A stretch of 64,000 nt of DNA, taken from Paraspadella gotoi (taxonomy: Eukaryota; Animalia; Chaetognatha). Positions 50,132-63,172 of this stretch are shown piece after piece; position 1 is the stretch's first letter; each line of letters starts with the position of its first letter. The notes under the pieces are model-generated. The model was not told where the DNA came from. It did not search any database and saw only the letters and a list, made by a program, of their open reading frames with translations. The stretch spans positions 15,293,918 through 15,357,917 of the forward strand of contig CM119270.1 in assembly GCA_051294375.1 (NCBI GenBank). Direction: 5' to 3'. The translations under genes and the position numbers were made by a program.

Positions 50132-52159
50132 GTGAGGAATCGCCATTTGGTTTCAAGGGGAAAAAATATTCTGTGTTGTTTTGGATATTTTTTTGTTTGG
50201 ATTGAATTAGTTTCAATGTGTTTAAAAATATAATTTTTTCGATGCATTTCTTTTGAGTTTTAATGAATTGAATGATGAATGAGCATTTTTGATTTGATAG
50301 GTCATTATTTTTGCTAATTATTTAAAATATATTTAATGCAATTGATGTTGCTTACATTTTATTCATTGGATTTGATTTATTGATTCGATGATTTTTAATT
50401 GATTTTGGTTTGGTTTGATTTTGGGTTCGCGCCTAACAATCAGACCTCTTTTCGACAATGGAATCTTGAACTTAATTTACGGTTCATCCTCTGATGATCT
50501 CATTGACTAGTAAATGGAATTCTTTCTCAATTTTAGAGAAAAAACGGTAGGGCTATAGCTTTTATCTTCCTCTTTTAGTGACATAGTAAAACGGTCCCAG
50601 ATAAAATTCTATGAGTTAAAAATACGGTAAGACAAGATTTCTTTCGTGCTTATCAATCTAATCTCATTAACTTCCTTAGGTTTTAAAAAAAGTATGTATG
50701 AAATTTTCCATGGTAACGAAAACTTTTAAAAGATCGAATTCCCCTAGTAATAATTTTTGTATCTTTTATTTTAGAGCAAACTAATTCCAGAAAAAGGACA
50801 CCACAAGATCTGTTACCAATTTTTCCTTCTCATATCCTTCGTTGGTTATTCTTTCTCGTTACCGTTTCCTTGCTTCACCAGCTTTTTCATTTTTTCTAAC
50901 CCTCTTTCCCTCCCTTTCTTATCACGACCCTCACTTTCCATTTTTTTTAACCCCTACCTTTCCCTGCTTCTCCTCCATTTCCCTTAATCTTTTTTTTTCT
51001 CTTATTCTCTCCTTCCCTTTCTTTCCCCTTTTTTTTCTTTAAATTTCCCCCCTCCTTTCCGCCTTATCTCTTAATCTCTCTACCTTTTATCCCCTTTGCC
51101 TTCTCTTTTCCTTTTTTCACCTCATTTCTCTTCATCTTCCCCTTCTCCTCTTCTTGTTCTCCTTTTCCTCTTTCTTATCACTTATTTTCTTCAATTTAGA
51201 TTGAATCAAATCAAATGAAAATTCCTTATGATTCATTATAAGAAAGAAATGAACGGTAAGCGCATGATTTTCTATTCAATTTTGGTTGGCCTAGCAAATT
51301 GTAGTAAATCGAACAGGATTTTGCGGAAAAATTTTTCCGCAAATCTGTCGATTCTGAGAAAAAACAAGTCTGAAAGCTTTCCATTGGGTTAAAGGAATGC
51401 GGTTTTGTTTTTTTTTAAATTAAATCAAGGTCAGTATGTACCTCATCTTTTAAAAACTAAATAAAATGAGTTGAAAATATTCTCTTTATCAGAGAGAAAT
51501 AAGATGCAAGTCAGCAAAAAGTCACAATTAAAAGACGTCTTGTAAAAAATTATCTTGTGGCTAAACCAAAAAGAGTTATTTTGTATTTTAATAGGGTGTT
51601 AAAAAGCCTTATTCAATAGGCTTAAGATATTTTCTGTTAATTTCAACGCAATTTGATTGTATTTTTGTTTCAACACAATTAATGATAAAGACCTGAAAAA
51701 CTCCAACTTTTTGACTTGTTAACCTTTAAAATTAATTCATAGCAAACTATAATGATTTAAGCTACAATAAATTTACCCAGAGGTAAAGAAGATAAGAAAG
51801 AAACGGATTTCCAAAGTAAAAAATTTTTGCTCAAACTTTCCTTGGCATTCAAATCAAGAAAGGGTCGTAATAAAAAAAAATGGGACAAAAATGGACATAT
51901 TTTTTTGGGCTAAAAGTTGCCAAAATGGCAACTATTTTATCAATTAGAACGGGTTGGAGATGTTCTAAACGCAATCCTTCGTCGCCTACAATGTTGTGTA
52001 TGTGGTAACAAAGTATAATCATCATTGTAAGTACAACTGAACGGAATAGTGGAAAGGAAGTCGTTGTTTTTTCGCGAAATGCAACGTTTGGTACGCGGAA
52101 CCTTTGGGTTTAAATAAATTGTTCTGTTCTTCCTCTTTTGTTATCTCTTCTTGCTCTTA

Positions 52160-52550
52160 ACCTTCCCACCCATCCCCCTCCTTCTACACGCCATACCCCT
52201 CCTTCTAACAAACCCCATCCCTCCTTCCCCAACCACCATCCCCTCCTACACACCCCATCCCCCTCCTTCTACACCCATCCCCCTCCTTCTATCTACACCC
52301 CATCCCCCTCCTTCTACACCCCATCCCCCTCACTTTCTACAACCCCAATCCCCCCTTCTACACCCCATCCACTCCTTCTAACACCCATCCCCTCCTTCTA
52401 CACACCATCCCTCCTTCTAACACCTCTCCCATCCCCTCCTTCTACCACCCATCCGCCTCCCTTACAAGCCCCATCCCGCGCGCTCCTTCTAGACACCCCA
52501 TCCCCCTCTTTACCACCCCATCCCCCTCTTGTACACCCCATCCTCCCCCG
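52160..52550. repeat. Minisatellite, ~21 bp (acaccccatccccctccttct)
   Basis: More than 15 degenerate copies; abuts the FFAT exon. Confidence 0.85.
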
Positions 52551-52554
52551 TCAC

Positions 52555-52781
52555 CGGCGAGGATGACCTGCTTCTTCGACGCGATGGAACCGGACGGCCG
52601 GCCGTCCTCCCCGTTGCGGCTTCGAGAATGTCACCTCCACCTCGGTGGAATGGCTGCAGGGATTCGACGCCCGCCGATGATCTGGTGGACTCGGTCTGCA
52701 GCGACGGCGTCGCCGAGACGAAGCGGAAGGCGTCGACGAGAACGGACTGCCTCTACGCCCGCTCAGTCGTCAGGACTTTGG
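52555..52781 (+). CDS. PITPNM: PITPNM exon containing the FFAT motif (EDD-x-FFDAME)
   Basis: ttc ttc gac gcg atg gaa at 52572-52589 preceded by gag gat gac, with one indel. Donor gtaggg at 52782. The 5' boundary is uncertain. Confidence 0.7.
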
Positions 52782-52963
52782 GTAGGGAAGATGTGCCCTT
52801 TGTTAATTTATGGCTTTTCGATGACATAAATTAAATTACTAAATTAGTCTCGGTAAAACTTTACACGAAGGTCGAGGATTAATTTCGTAAGCTCTCTTCC
52901 CGCTTCTTTTTCCTCCTCCTCCTCCTCCTCCTCCTCCTATTTATTTTCTTCCCCTTTTACAAG

Positions 52964-53314
52964 ACACCATCAGCACTACAGCCTCCTTCATGTCCTGTCC
53001 CGACGACGAGACCTTCTTCGACGATGACCATCGACGACGACGATGACGACGATCCGATTCTCCGCCGACGGCTCGACGCTCCACACCGATCCAAATCCTA
53101 CCTCCGTCTGACGAAAGAGGCGTCCCTTGTCGCTTGGCGTCTTCGACGGCGTCCGTCGTCAAGCCGCTTCAGCAGCAGCCGCCGCCCACGCCTCACCCTT
53201 CCCGCTGCCATGCAAGACGGCCGTCCTATTCTCGTCTTCCACGGCGGATCTGTTCTCGACGCCGGGCAGGAACCTCACCGGTCCAAGGCTTCCGACACGG
53301 GGGCACGATTTCAG
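52964..53314 (+). CDS. PITPNM: PITPNM exon, start of the conserved post-FFAT region
   Basis: Across one frameshift reads PCKTAVL/ILVFHGGSVLDAGQEP..SKASD, matching the Nir2/rdgB CK..VL.LV.H(G/A)G..LD...SK..D block. Acceptor ccccttttacaag; donor CAG|GTGAGG. Confidence 0.8.
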
Positions 53315-53907
53315 GTGAGGAAAAGGGGTGCAGGATTCAGTTGAAGAAAAAAAGGGGTCAGGTCAGAATTTCTAATTAGACTGAAAATTATCTTACCCTC
53401 TTACCCCTTGTCAACCCAGGGATCTGCTTCGATAACTTTAATGAAGAAAATTTTTTGTAGATGAACGTTCTTGCGAAACCTAATCAAGGCGCCAATAGCA
53501 AAATCCTCAAATAGATTTCTCGCCTCCACGACGCATTCATCCTCTCGAGATCTTGATCCACTTTAAAATCTTCCTTAATGTTTTCTTTCCTTCCTGTTCT
53601 GTTCATCTTCTATTGTTCTTTCCTCTTTCATCCTTTTCTTCTTTCTGTTCATCTCTATTGTCTTTCCTCTTTTCTTTTTTTCTGTTATCTTCTATTGCTT
53701 TCCTCTTTCATCCTTTCTTTTTTCTGTTCATTCTCTATTTGCTTTCCTCTTTCATCCTTTTCTTTTTTCCTTTCTCTTCTAATTGTCCTTTCCCTTTCAT
53801 ACCTTTCCTTTTTTTCTGTTCATCTTCCTAATTGTCTTTCCTTTTTTCTTCCCTTTCACTCCTTATTGTTTTCCCCTTTATTTAAATCTCTCCACTCCTC
53901 TCACCAG

Positions 53908-54144
53908 TCACCCTGAAACCGCCGTCCTCGAGATGCCACTCACCCGCACCGCTCACGCGACACAAGACACCGCACTCGCCCGTCCGACACGCGTCAGCTG
54001 CCCGTCTCTCTGTTGGACACGCTGTTCCGCACTGACGCGAACTCAGATCCTTTCGGTACTCCCGTGCGCGTCGCCTCTGGCCAACAGTTTCGATCCTGAC
54101 GGTTACTGTCACGCAGCCATCGGGCCATCGGCGCTCTCTCCGCG
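53908..54144 (+). CDS. PITPNM: PITPNM exon (V.CP..C block), frameshifted
   Basis: Acceptor ctctcaccag ends 53907. Contains VSCPSLC, corresponding to VPCP.IC that follows the HGG..LD block in Nir2/rdgB. 3' boundary approximate. Confidence 0.65.
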
Positions 54145-54883
54145 GTGGAGTTGGAGAGGGGGGGGGGTGGAAAAGGGGAGCAGGAAGTATGGGGTGTTGA
54201 GGGGGGAATTTGTTGCTCATGCCTATTCTAATTTAAGTCTAGACGAAGGGTCAATAAGTTTCGGGTTTTTGACAAAAATGTTCGGTTCCTTCGTTGGAAT
54301 TTTAGATTTCGGCGTCCGTTTTTTTCGGGGGATATTTTTGTCACGCACACGGCTTATTCAGGAATTGGCTGAAAGGCGGTTTGTCTTGTCAGCTTCTCTT
54401 TATGATGATGTTTCCATCCTTAATGCCCTCCCGCTGCTGAGTCTGGTTACAGTTTTTCGATTTGTCATCATCAGATTTTTTCCTTCGCTGGGAAGCCCGC
54501 GTGTTTATCGAACACCATCCGCCACCACTGGCCCTACCCCTCCGCCACCAACTACCCTACTCTCCGCCATCACTCGCCCTAACCCTCGGACCCGCCCACT
54601 ACCTATCCTCCGCCACCCTGATTTCATACCCCACTCCGCCACCACTTCCCTACCGCTCCGACCTTTCTCTTTTCTTTAATGGTTTTCCTCAGATTTTTTG
54701 TTTTCCTTCTTCAGTCTCGGTCTTTTCCCATCGATTTTTAATTGCTCTTTCTGTAATACCCGCTTCTTAGGCCTTCNNNNNNNNNNNNNNNNNNNNNNNN
54801 NCGATCCGGCGCATCCCCGAAGTGATCTAGATCGCCTGTCGAAAGCAGGCCATCGCCGTTGGTTTCCATAACACGATTGAGAC

Positions 54884-54925
<42 letters not shown>

Positions 54926-57527
54926 CACAAAATGAAGCGATTGAGAGGATAATGGAGAGTGTGAAGGAAGTCAACGAGGGGACAAGGATGTCGTCTCGTC
55001 AAACCGGAAACTGACATCGAGTGACATCCTCCACTATCCTATGACATCTTATGATATCCTTGCATGAATCAAAAANNNNNNNNNNNNNNNNNNNNNNNNN
55101 NNNNNNNNNNNNNNNNNNNNNNNNNNNNNNNNNNNNNNNNNNNNNNNNNNNNNNNNNNNNNNNNNNNNNNNNNNNNNNNNNNNNNNNNNNNNNNNNNNNN
55201 NNNNNNNNNNNNNNNNNNNNNNNNNNNNNNNNNNNNNNNNNNNNNNNNNNNNNNNNNNNNNNNNNNNNNNNNNNNNNNNNNNNNNNNNNNNNNNNNNNNN
55301 NNNNNNNNNNNNNNNNNNNNNNNNNNNNNNNNNNNNNNNNNNNNNNNNNNNNNNNNNNNNNNNNNNNNNNNNNNNNNNNNNNNNNNNNNNNNNGATTCTC
55401 AGGAAGTTATCTTTAACGCCTTGCCCTTTTTTTTCGTTCGCGCTAATGACCGATTTGATACTTTACTTCATATATACTCGGTCCGGGATCTCTAAAATCT
55501 TTACGTGTTGAGAGAGAGGAGAGAGAGAGGTACCGACCTTCTCTAATTGACCTCTCTTTGTTCGGCAAATGCTCGAAACGACTCCCCCTCTCTTTCCGCT
55601 GAACCGGTTTACTTGTCCACCACTGATTGTGTCCGGTAAGGCTCTTTTAGACCCTTTGTGTTGGTATCCGCCTGTTTCGGCCGCCCTGCTGAAATGTTAA
55701 GTTGAGGTTTGGGCCTGTTTTACCTTTTTTCTTCTATTTTCACAACTCCGTTCGAAAAAAGACCCCAACTTGCACATACAAAAGTTGCTGTCAAACGTCC
55801 CTTGGACCAGCGCATTGGACATCAAATCTAGGGTCTTAGTTCCTTATTCGCTGTTTTAAGAAACGCTTACCTGATTTACTTCCTCAGCCCCATTACCCCT
55901 GTCCAGCGCCTGGCGCTCCCTGCGGAAGTATTCCCTCTGTCCAGCGCGCTTACTTCCCGCGGAAGTCTTCCCTGTCCAGCGCCTGACCTCCTGCGGATAG
56001 TCTTCCCTGTTTAGCGCCTGACTCCCTGCGAAAGTCTTCCCTGTTATAGCGCTTGTCAAAAAGTTCGCCGGAGTTGTTTGTGTCGACCGTCGTCTCTTCG
56101 CCAAGACCCGCTTTATTTTATTTGGGGGGAAGGCAGGGGAACTCGAAATGGCGGGAGAGGGGGCGACGAAAGTGGGAATTTGAATTGCGGCGAGTTTTAG
56201 GGGCGGAGNNNNNNNNNNNNNNNNNNNNNNNNNNNNNNNNNNNNNNNNNNNNNNNNNNNNNNNNNNNNNNNNNNNNNNNNNNNNNNNNNNNNNNNNNNNN
56301 NNNNNNNNNNNNNNNNNNNNNNNNNNNNNNNNNNNNNNNNNNNNNNNNNNNNNNNNNNNNNNNNNNNNNNNNNNNNNNNNNNNNNNNNNNNNNNNNNNNN
56401 NNNNNNNNNNNNNNNNNNNNNNNNNNNNNNNNNNNNNNNNNNNNNNNNNNNNNNNNNNNNNNNNNNNNNNNNNNNNNNNNNNNNNNNNNNNNNNNNGGGG
56501 GGGGCATTAAGAGACAGTGGGGCAGTGGGACAAGGTCGTTCGCTGATTAAGAAAACGACCTCGTCGCCTTTTCTCCGGTTTTTTTTTCGGTCCGAATTTC
56601 TGTTTGTTTTGGTTTTCGATGGACGTTTGTTTACTTTCGTTTTCGATTGTTTTTATTCCTCGTTTTATTTGTTTTGTCTAGATGTTTAAGGAGTCGATTT
56701 TCCGTTTTTTTGATTTGGCGGCGTTTCTGTTTTTGAGGTTTTATTTTCGCAAAGGATATTTTCTTCTAAACAATTTTTGTTGTTGAAGTTTTTCAATTTA
56801 TTTTTTTTTTGTTTTCCTCTTTGAGGCTGTTTCTTCACAATCCTCATGAACTTTGTCATCTTCTTCATTGTCGTCATCAGCATCATCATCGTCGTGGTCT
56901 TCTCTACGTCGTCGTCCCTCATCCGAATCGTCATCGTCTTCTCATTCGATGTTTATTAGTCGCCCTTCGATATTCGTCACCGCGCCAAAGTCGTTGTCGT
57001 TTTCATCCTCCTCCTCCTCCTCCTCCTCCTCCTCCTCCTCCTCTTCTCCCTTTCGCTGTTTATCAGTTTGGCATCCAATATTCCTCGTCGCGCGGGAGAC
57101 ATTAACCTTTCGGTCTCAGGCATTAAAGAGTCGGTCAGTTTTCCTCGAATCTCGAGACGTCAAAAGATTTCCTTTCTCTTTCCCTGCTCCTTTTTCTCTC
57201 TCCCGCGTTACATTACGACTTCGCACGCGCATTGTAACGACCTCATAACGCGCGGGCGGCGGGCAGCGGGTCGAAAAAGTTATGGCAACGCACGCGTCGA
57301 GCGGGCTATGACGGGCGGCGGGCGGAGAAGACCGTAGGGGAACGGGATCGCGACCTTAGCAACGAGGTTGCGGGAAAATCGAGGCGCTTGGCAACGATTT
57401 TACGGAGAAAATGGCGGCCTTAGCAACGGGGTTAACGGGAAGGAGGCGAGCGATAATAAGGAGGAAGGAATGAGCTCATCCAGTGAGCAATGTATAGGAG
57501 GTGATCGGAGGTTATGAGTTTTAACTT

Positions 57528-57575
57528 TTTGCTTGCTTGCTTGCTTGCTTGATTGCATGCTTGCTTGCTTGCTTG

Positions 57576-57666
<91 letters not shown>

Positions 57667-57667
57667 T
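57528..57667. repeat. Compound (GCTT)n/(TTTC)n microsatellite
   Basis: Directly visible; inverted noisy copy at ~40455-40600. Confidence 0.95.
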
Positions 57668-58716
57668 ATTTTTTGCTTTCTTACTTTCTTTCTTTCTATC
57701 TTTATCTTTTTCACCTCATTGTTTTACCTCCAATTGTTTCCCTCCATTCAATTTTTTCCTAATCTCCTTTTCCTCCCCTATTCAATATTCCAGTTCTCTT
57801 AACTTGTTTTGTCTTCCCAAATGTTTCCTCTCTTCCTCCTTTTTCTCTTTCCTTTTATTTTATGTACCCGATGCTTCCTTCCCTCCTTTGTTCTTTCTCT
57901 TTTCCAATCACCTGTATTTCAAGAAACGAGACTCATAAAATGCTTCTGCCGCGCCATGCNNNNNNNNNNNNNNNNNNNNNNNNNCAGGAGAGATGAGAAG
58001 GGGTAGGAAAGGTGAATGAGGGAGATAGTAGGCAGATGGGAAAGGAAAAGGGAGCGGAATGCAAGAGAAAAGGGGAAAGAAGGAAGAAAGAGAAAGAGAA
58101 AAAAGGGAGTCGGGGGAAAATGGAGACGCTGAGAACAAGATACTGAAGGATACGACTTTGAACTCAAAATATTAGAAAAATCATAAAAAACTTAAAAGAC
58201 GATATAAAAAAATTAAAAAAAAAAGGGAAAAAAAAAGTAAATTCAAAAGAAGATAAAGAATTTTCTTCTTTCTCCTTTTTCCAATAACGGGAAAAGTTTT
58301 ATTTTAATTTATTATTTGGCTTTTTTTTTTTAGTTTTCCGAGCGAAGAATCGGAAAATTTGTCCTTCTCCTTTTTTTTTTTCCGCGAACCGCGACAATAT
58401 GGAAATCGAAAGGGGGGAGTAATGGGGGGAGGAACAGTGGAACGGTCCTAGGTGGCGTGATGCGGGTAAGGTAGGATGAGGCTCGCGGCAACGGGTTTAT
58501 GACATAGAGTGAGGCATATTGATGATGGAGGCGGACTCTCCGCCGGGAAATGAGAAATATGTTCTCAGCTGGGAATTCCATCGACGATTAAAATATCACC
58601 TCCGATGGATAATATTATATTCTTGGATATTTTTTTCTCTCAACTGTCATTTCAATAAATAATTGGATATTCTCCTCTCTCTCTTCTCTCTTCTCTTATA
58701 CTCTCCTCTCTCTCAT

Positions 58717-58766
<50 letters not shown>

Positions 58767-59087
58767 TCTCTCTCTCTCTACTCTCTTTCCCACCTCTGCA
58801 AAATGTAACGGATCAGTTTCATGATTATGATGCAAGAGAACAATGTTTGATAAACATCTACATAAGTCATTAAGCCACTGGAGTCAAATTCAGTTTTAAT
58901 CATCGACTTGCATTGTTTCGATGTTGATAATCAATTCAATCAGCCACACCGAATATCATTTTGTTTACATCTTTTGTTTAATCGATGAAACAGACCATTC
59001 GCGTATGCTTATTGATGTTTAATGACACAAATTAAACTCAATAAACATTTACCCACCCTCTTTTTTTTTCATCGCACAGACACGGAG

Positions 59088-59723
59088 ATGACATTTTCCT
59101 CTTTGCTCACGCAGCTTTCTTGCCGCGCCGCTTGCCGTCCGCCGCTGCCGACACGCGCCCGGCTCTCCGGCTCGGATCTGACTTTGTCGTCGACATGCCG
59201 AATCCGGCCGATGCCATGCCGACGCCGCCAGGACGCCGCCGATTCTCGGTGGGCCGTTCACTGCGATGCGTGGCGTCAACCGGCCGCCGCCGAACGCCGC
59301 CAGAAAGTCGCCGGCAGCGCCGGTGGCTCGATAGAATCGCGCCGAGTTCGGGAGAGGCGTCGCCGGACTCTTTCCGTCCGGTCCGCTGCCGATCTCATTC
59401 CGCTCACGATCTGAGTGAGGAAAACGGTGCGCGTGGGTGAGTCATTTGAAAAATTAAGGTTCCGTTTTGTTAATTTACCATTTTGATGTCAAGCTGAAGA
59501 TATTGCAAGTAAATACATCATGGCATAACTCATGACATAACTTTTTGCTCCCATTACCAGTTCTTTGGTCGGTCGCGGTGCTGACCGGCGTCGGTTCGTC
59601 CAATAACCGCGCCGCCGACGCCGCCGACCAGAGTTGTCGCCGAAATCGGCGTGAACTCTGCCAGTCGCCGACGAAAATTCAAGAGGATTTCGAAAGGATG
59701 AGAGGAGGAGAACTGCGAGGAGG
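59088..59723 (+). pseudogene. Second, indel-disrupted copy of the BH3-like gene (exons ~59088-59414 and 59561-59723); probably an uncorrected-read or haplotype copy
   Basis: Collinear with 38639-39277 including intron and flanks; differs mostly by single-base indels. Confidence 0.7.
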
Positions 59724-60425
59724 GTAAAGTGAAAGAGGATGGAAGGAAAGGGGCGCGAGGAGGAAGGGTTAAATAAATATATATAATAACACAAAGATAA
59801 GGTTTTTTGTTGATTATTTCAAAAGGATACGTGAGCGGGGTTTTCATATCGCCAGGAACAGTGGCTGGTAAGATACTATTTGTTACTATTTGTTAATTTT
59901 TAAACAAAAAAAATTCCCAGATAAATTTTTTAGCAATTTAAAGTTACTCTTGTAAATTTCCTAATTTTCGATTAAGGATATGAAGACAATGATAGGAGGA
60001 CTGTTAAAATTATCTTATTTTTTTTTCCGCGAAAAATTTTTTTTCAAAAATAAGGGACGACTAAGGCAGATTGGCAAAAAATTGCGCAATAACAGTTGAC
60101 AAATCTAAAAAATATTGCTACAATGATGTCATGTCTTTTATTCTATACGTATGTATGAAAGCGTTTTATTCTCGCGACGTCAGTCGGACGAGCTTTTTTT
60201 GTTTCGGCGGGCGATACGTCAATTATTTAAAGAATTTACGTCAGACTCTGGCGGTAATAATAGTCAACTGGAAGCGAGGCAAATGTAGGCGCGGTCAATA
60301 TCGTATAGTTAAGCTCCGTTGAACGGTGTCCACACTCAACACCTTTGGGCGAGAGAGTCGGGGACATTAAAGGGAAACCGAGAGAAGGGAATTCTCGTTC
60401 AATCACAATTTGCCCTATAAATAAT

Positions 60426-60476
<51 letters not shown>

Positions 60477-60891
60477 AGAGATCGAGAGAAAGAGAGACGA
60501 CCGAGGAGAGGAGAGAAGACAGACAGAGAAGACAGAGACGGTAATTCACGCCGAACGGGTGGTGCGACAGATTTCATCAAAATTGAGTGTACCACTCGCA
60601 AATAAAAAACAGAAAATAGGGTCTTTTTGAGGAAGTGAGAATTTTATGGGTTCCAACCCCAGGATCAAGTCGGGGCAAGTTCTCTCTCTTCTCCTTCTGA
60701 TTCCATCTCTCTTTGTCTCCCGGAAGGTTCTCGAATTTCCTTTTGTCCGCAACAATTCCATCTGTTGCTGAAATCACCGCGAGTCAGAATTATGAATCAT
60801 GAGAGAAATTTCAAGGAAGGATTGACCACTTTTTTTGGAAAAAAAAGAGGAGGAGATTACCTTATCTATTTTCTTATCCTCTCTCTCTCTC

Positions 60892-60929
<38 letters not shown>

Positions 60930-60930
60930 G

Positions 60931-60972
<42 letters not shown>

Positions 60973-63087
60973 CCATCGGTGGTTAAGAAAATTCTGATGA
61001 TTCATGGGGCAGAAATTCCATTCGGCCGCGTGGCCGACTTTCAGTGCCTCGATCGTCGTGGCACACGGTCATCGTCGTCGTCGTTCGTCGTCATCGTCGT
61101 CGTCGTCGTCAATCGTCGTCGTCGTCGTCATCGTCGNNNNNNNNNNNNNNNNNNNNNNNNNNNNNNNNNNNNNNNNNNNNNNNNNNNNNNNNNNNNNNNN
61201 NNNNNNNNNNNNNNNNNNCCGTCGTCCCAGTCGGCGAGACGATTAATTTAATTTTGGGGAAAATCGAAGATTTTGTGGTGTAAAGTCAGAGGACGAGGAG
61301 GAAGGAAGGGAGGAAGAAGGGGAGGAGACGAGGAGGGAGAATGGGAGGAAATAGGGAAAAAACTGAGAAAAGAAAAGATAAGGATTAGAAAATAAAGGAA
61401 TTAAGGATACTGAAATGAGAAGAGGAAAAATGAAGGAAAGAAAATGGTGAGGTAAGTTAAAGAAAAAGGGGTAAGAAAAGACAATTATTATTATTAGAGC
61501 TACAAGAAAGAGAATAACTATGAAAGGCAATGAATTGAAATTTAAAGAATAACACAAGGAAATGAACGTTGAATGGGAAGGAGGAACCTAAAAAATCTAA
61601 TCATGAAATCCTTAACGATAGAATAAGAAAACAGCGGGGAGGCACCAAAAAAAAATAAAAAAAAAGGAAAAGAAAGAAAACAAAGGGAAGAAACAAAAAA
61701 ACAATTATAATGCAAAGGAACTTTGACGCCGGAAGAAAACTGGGGAAGAACGGAAGGAAACGAGTTATTAAAAGAAGGAAGCAAACGAAAGATAATGAAA
61801 AGGTTGAAGTCAGAAAAGAAAAAAAAGAAGAAAAATCGGTTTACGGAGGATATTCGTCTCATTCTTGACGAAATTAATTATTGGATCATTATTAGTCAAC
61901 GATTCGTAAAAGAGGCGAGAAATTGTCTTTGCGTTGTTGATTGGATCGCGATTTGCGGTCAGCGGGCGTTTGAGATAAACGTCTGATAATAGTTTCGAGT
62001 GTTTAAAGAATTTTAAATGTTAAGACGATAAGTCATAAGTTAAGAACGAACGGAATTTGCATATGATTCATAGCTCGTCGGTAAGAAAGACAAGTCGCTG
62101 CGGTTAGGATTAAGGAAATTCGAGATAAAGAACCCAACACATCTCAAGGTTTGCTCTGCTTACCAAAGGAAGCGTCATGTTTGTGTCATTTTGCGTTTAT
62201 GAATGTAGCGTTCTCTCTTTTATTCAATTTGATTTCATTTAATTTTTTATTCTTTTCAAAAGCTTTCACTTCCCAGTTCCCAATATAGTTTAAAATATAA
62301 AAACTATTGTCTAAGTATTAAGTAATATCTTGAAATACTAGACATCTAACAATGCTTAGATTTCAATACTTACCACGGCTGTATGACTTACCTATATCTT
62401 TTATTCTTTCTTGACAACATATATGCCTAAAAAATCAATCACGAAAGATTAAAAATAAAAAAAGAAGAGACAAATTAAAAGAAGAAAAAAGAAAGAGACG
62501 AAATTAAAGACTGGAAAAGTGAGTTTCGCTTCAGCGAATCTTTTTTCCTTCTTTTTATTTTTTTCATTCGCCGCCCGTGCCCTTTTTTTGTCCGCTGATG
62601 AACTTGTATCGGAAAAGTCGGGTCTACTGACTCTCATCTCGGCTAATCAGGATCCCCGATTTTCTCACGTTTTGCTTCTCTCTCTCTCTCAATCTCTCTC
62701 TCTCTCATCTTCTCTCTCTCTCTCTTCTCCTGCTCTCTTCTTTCTTTCTCTCTCTCTCTCTCCTCTCCTCTTACTGTCTCTAATCTGTACCGCAGCACGC
62801 GATTAGACCGATCGCCGACTCGTCTGGTGTTAAAATAAAAAGACGTAATTAGATGAGTCAGATTGAATTTACACACAAAAGAACGGACACACGCAGAAAA
62901 AACGCACTCAATCTCTCGCTTTCTCTAACTCTCTCTTTCTCTCTTTCTCTTTTCCTTCCAGTTTCTCCGGCCCATCTCACTCTCGCTCTCGCTTTTATTC
63001 CAAAGTCGAATGACTCACGATTTATTTTTTTGACTCATTGTAAATCGGGGGAAAAAAATCCCCGTTGATCTCGCCAGACGGTGAAAG

Positions 63088-63151
<64 letters not shown>

Positions 63152-63172
63152 CATGATGATGGTGGTGGTGGT
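63088..63172. repeat. (GAT)n/(GGT)n microsatellite
   Basis: Directly visible. Confidence 0.95.
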
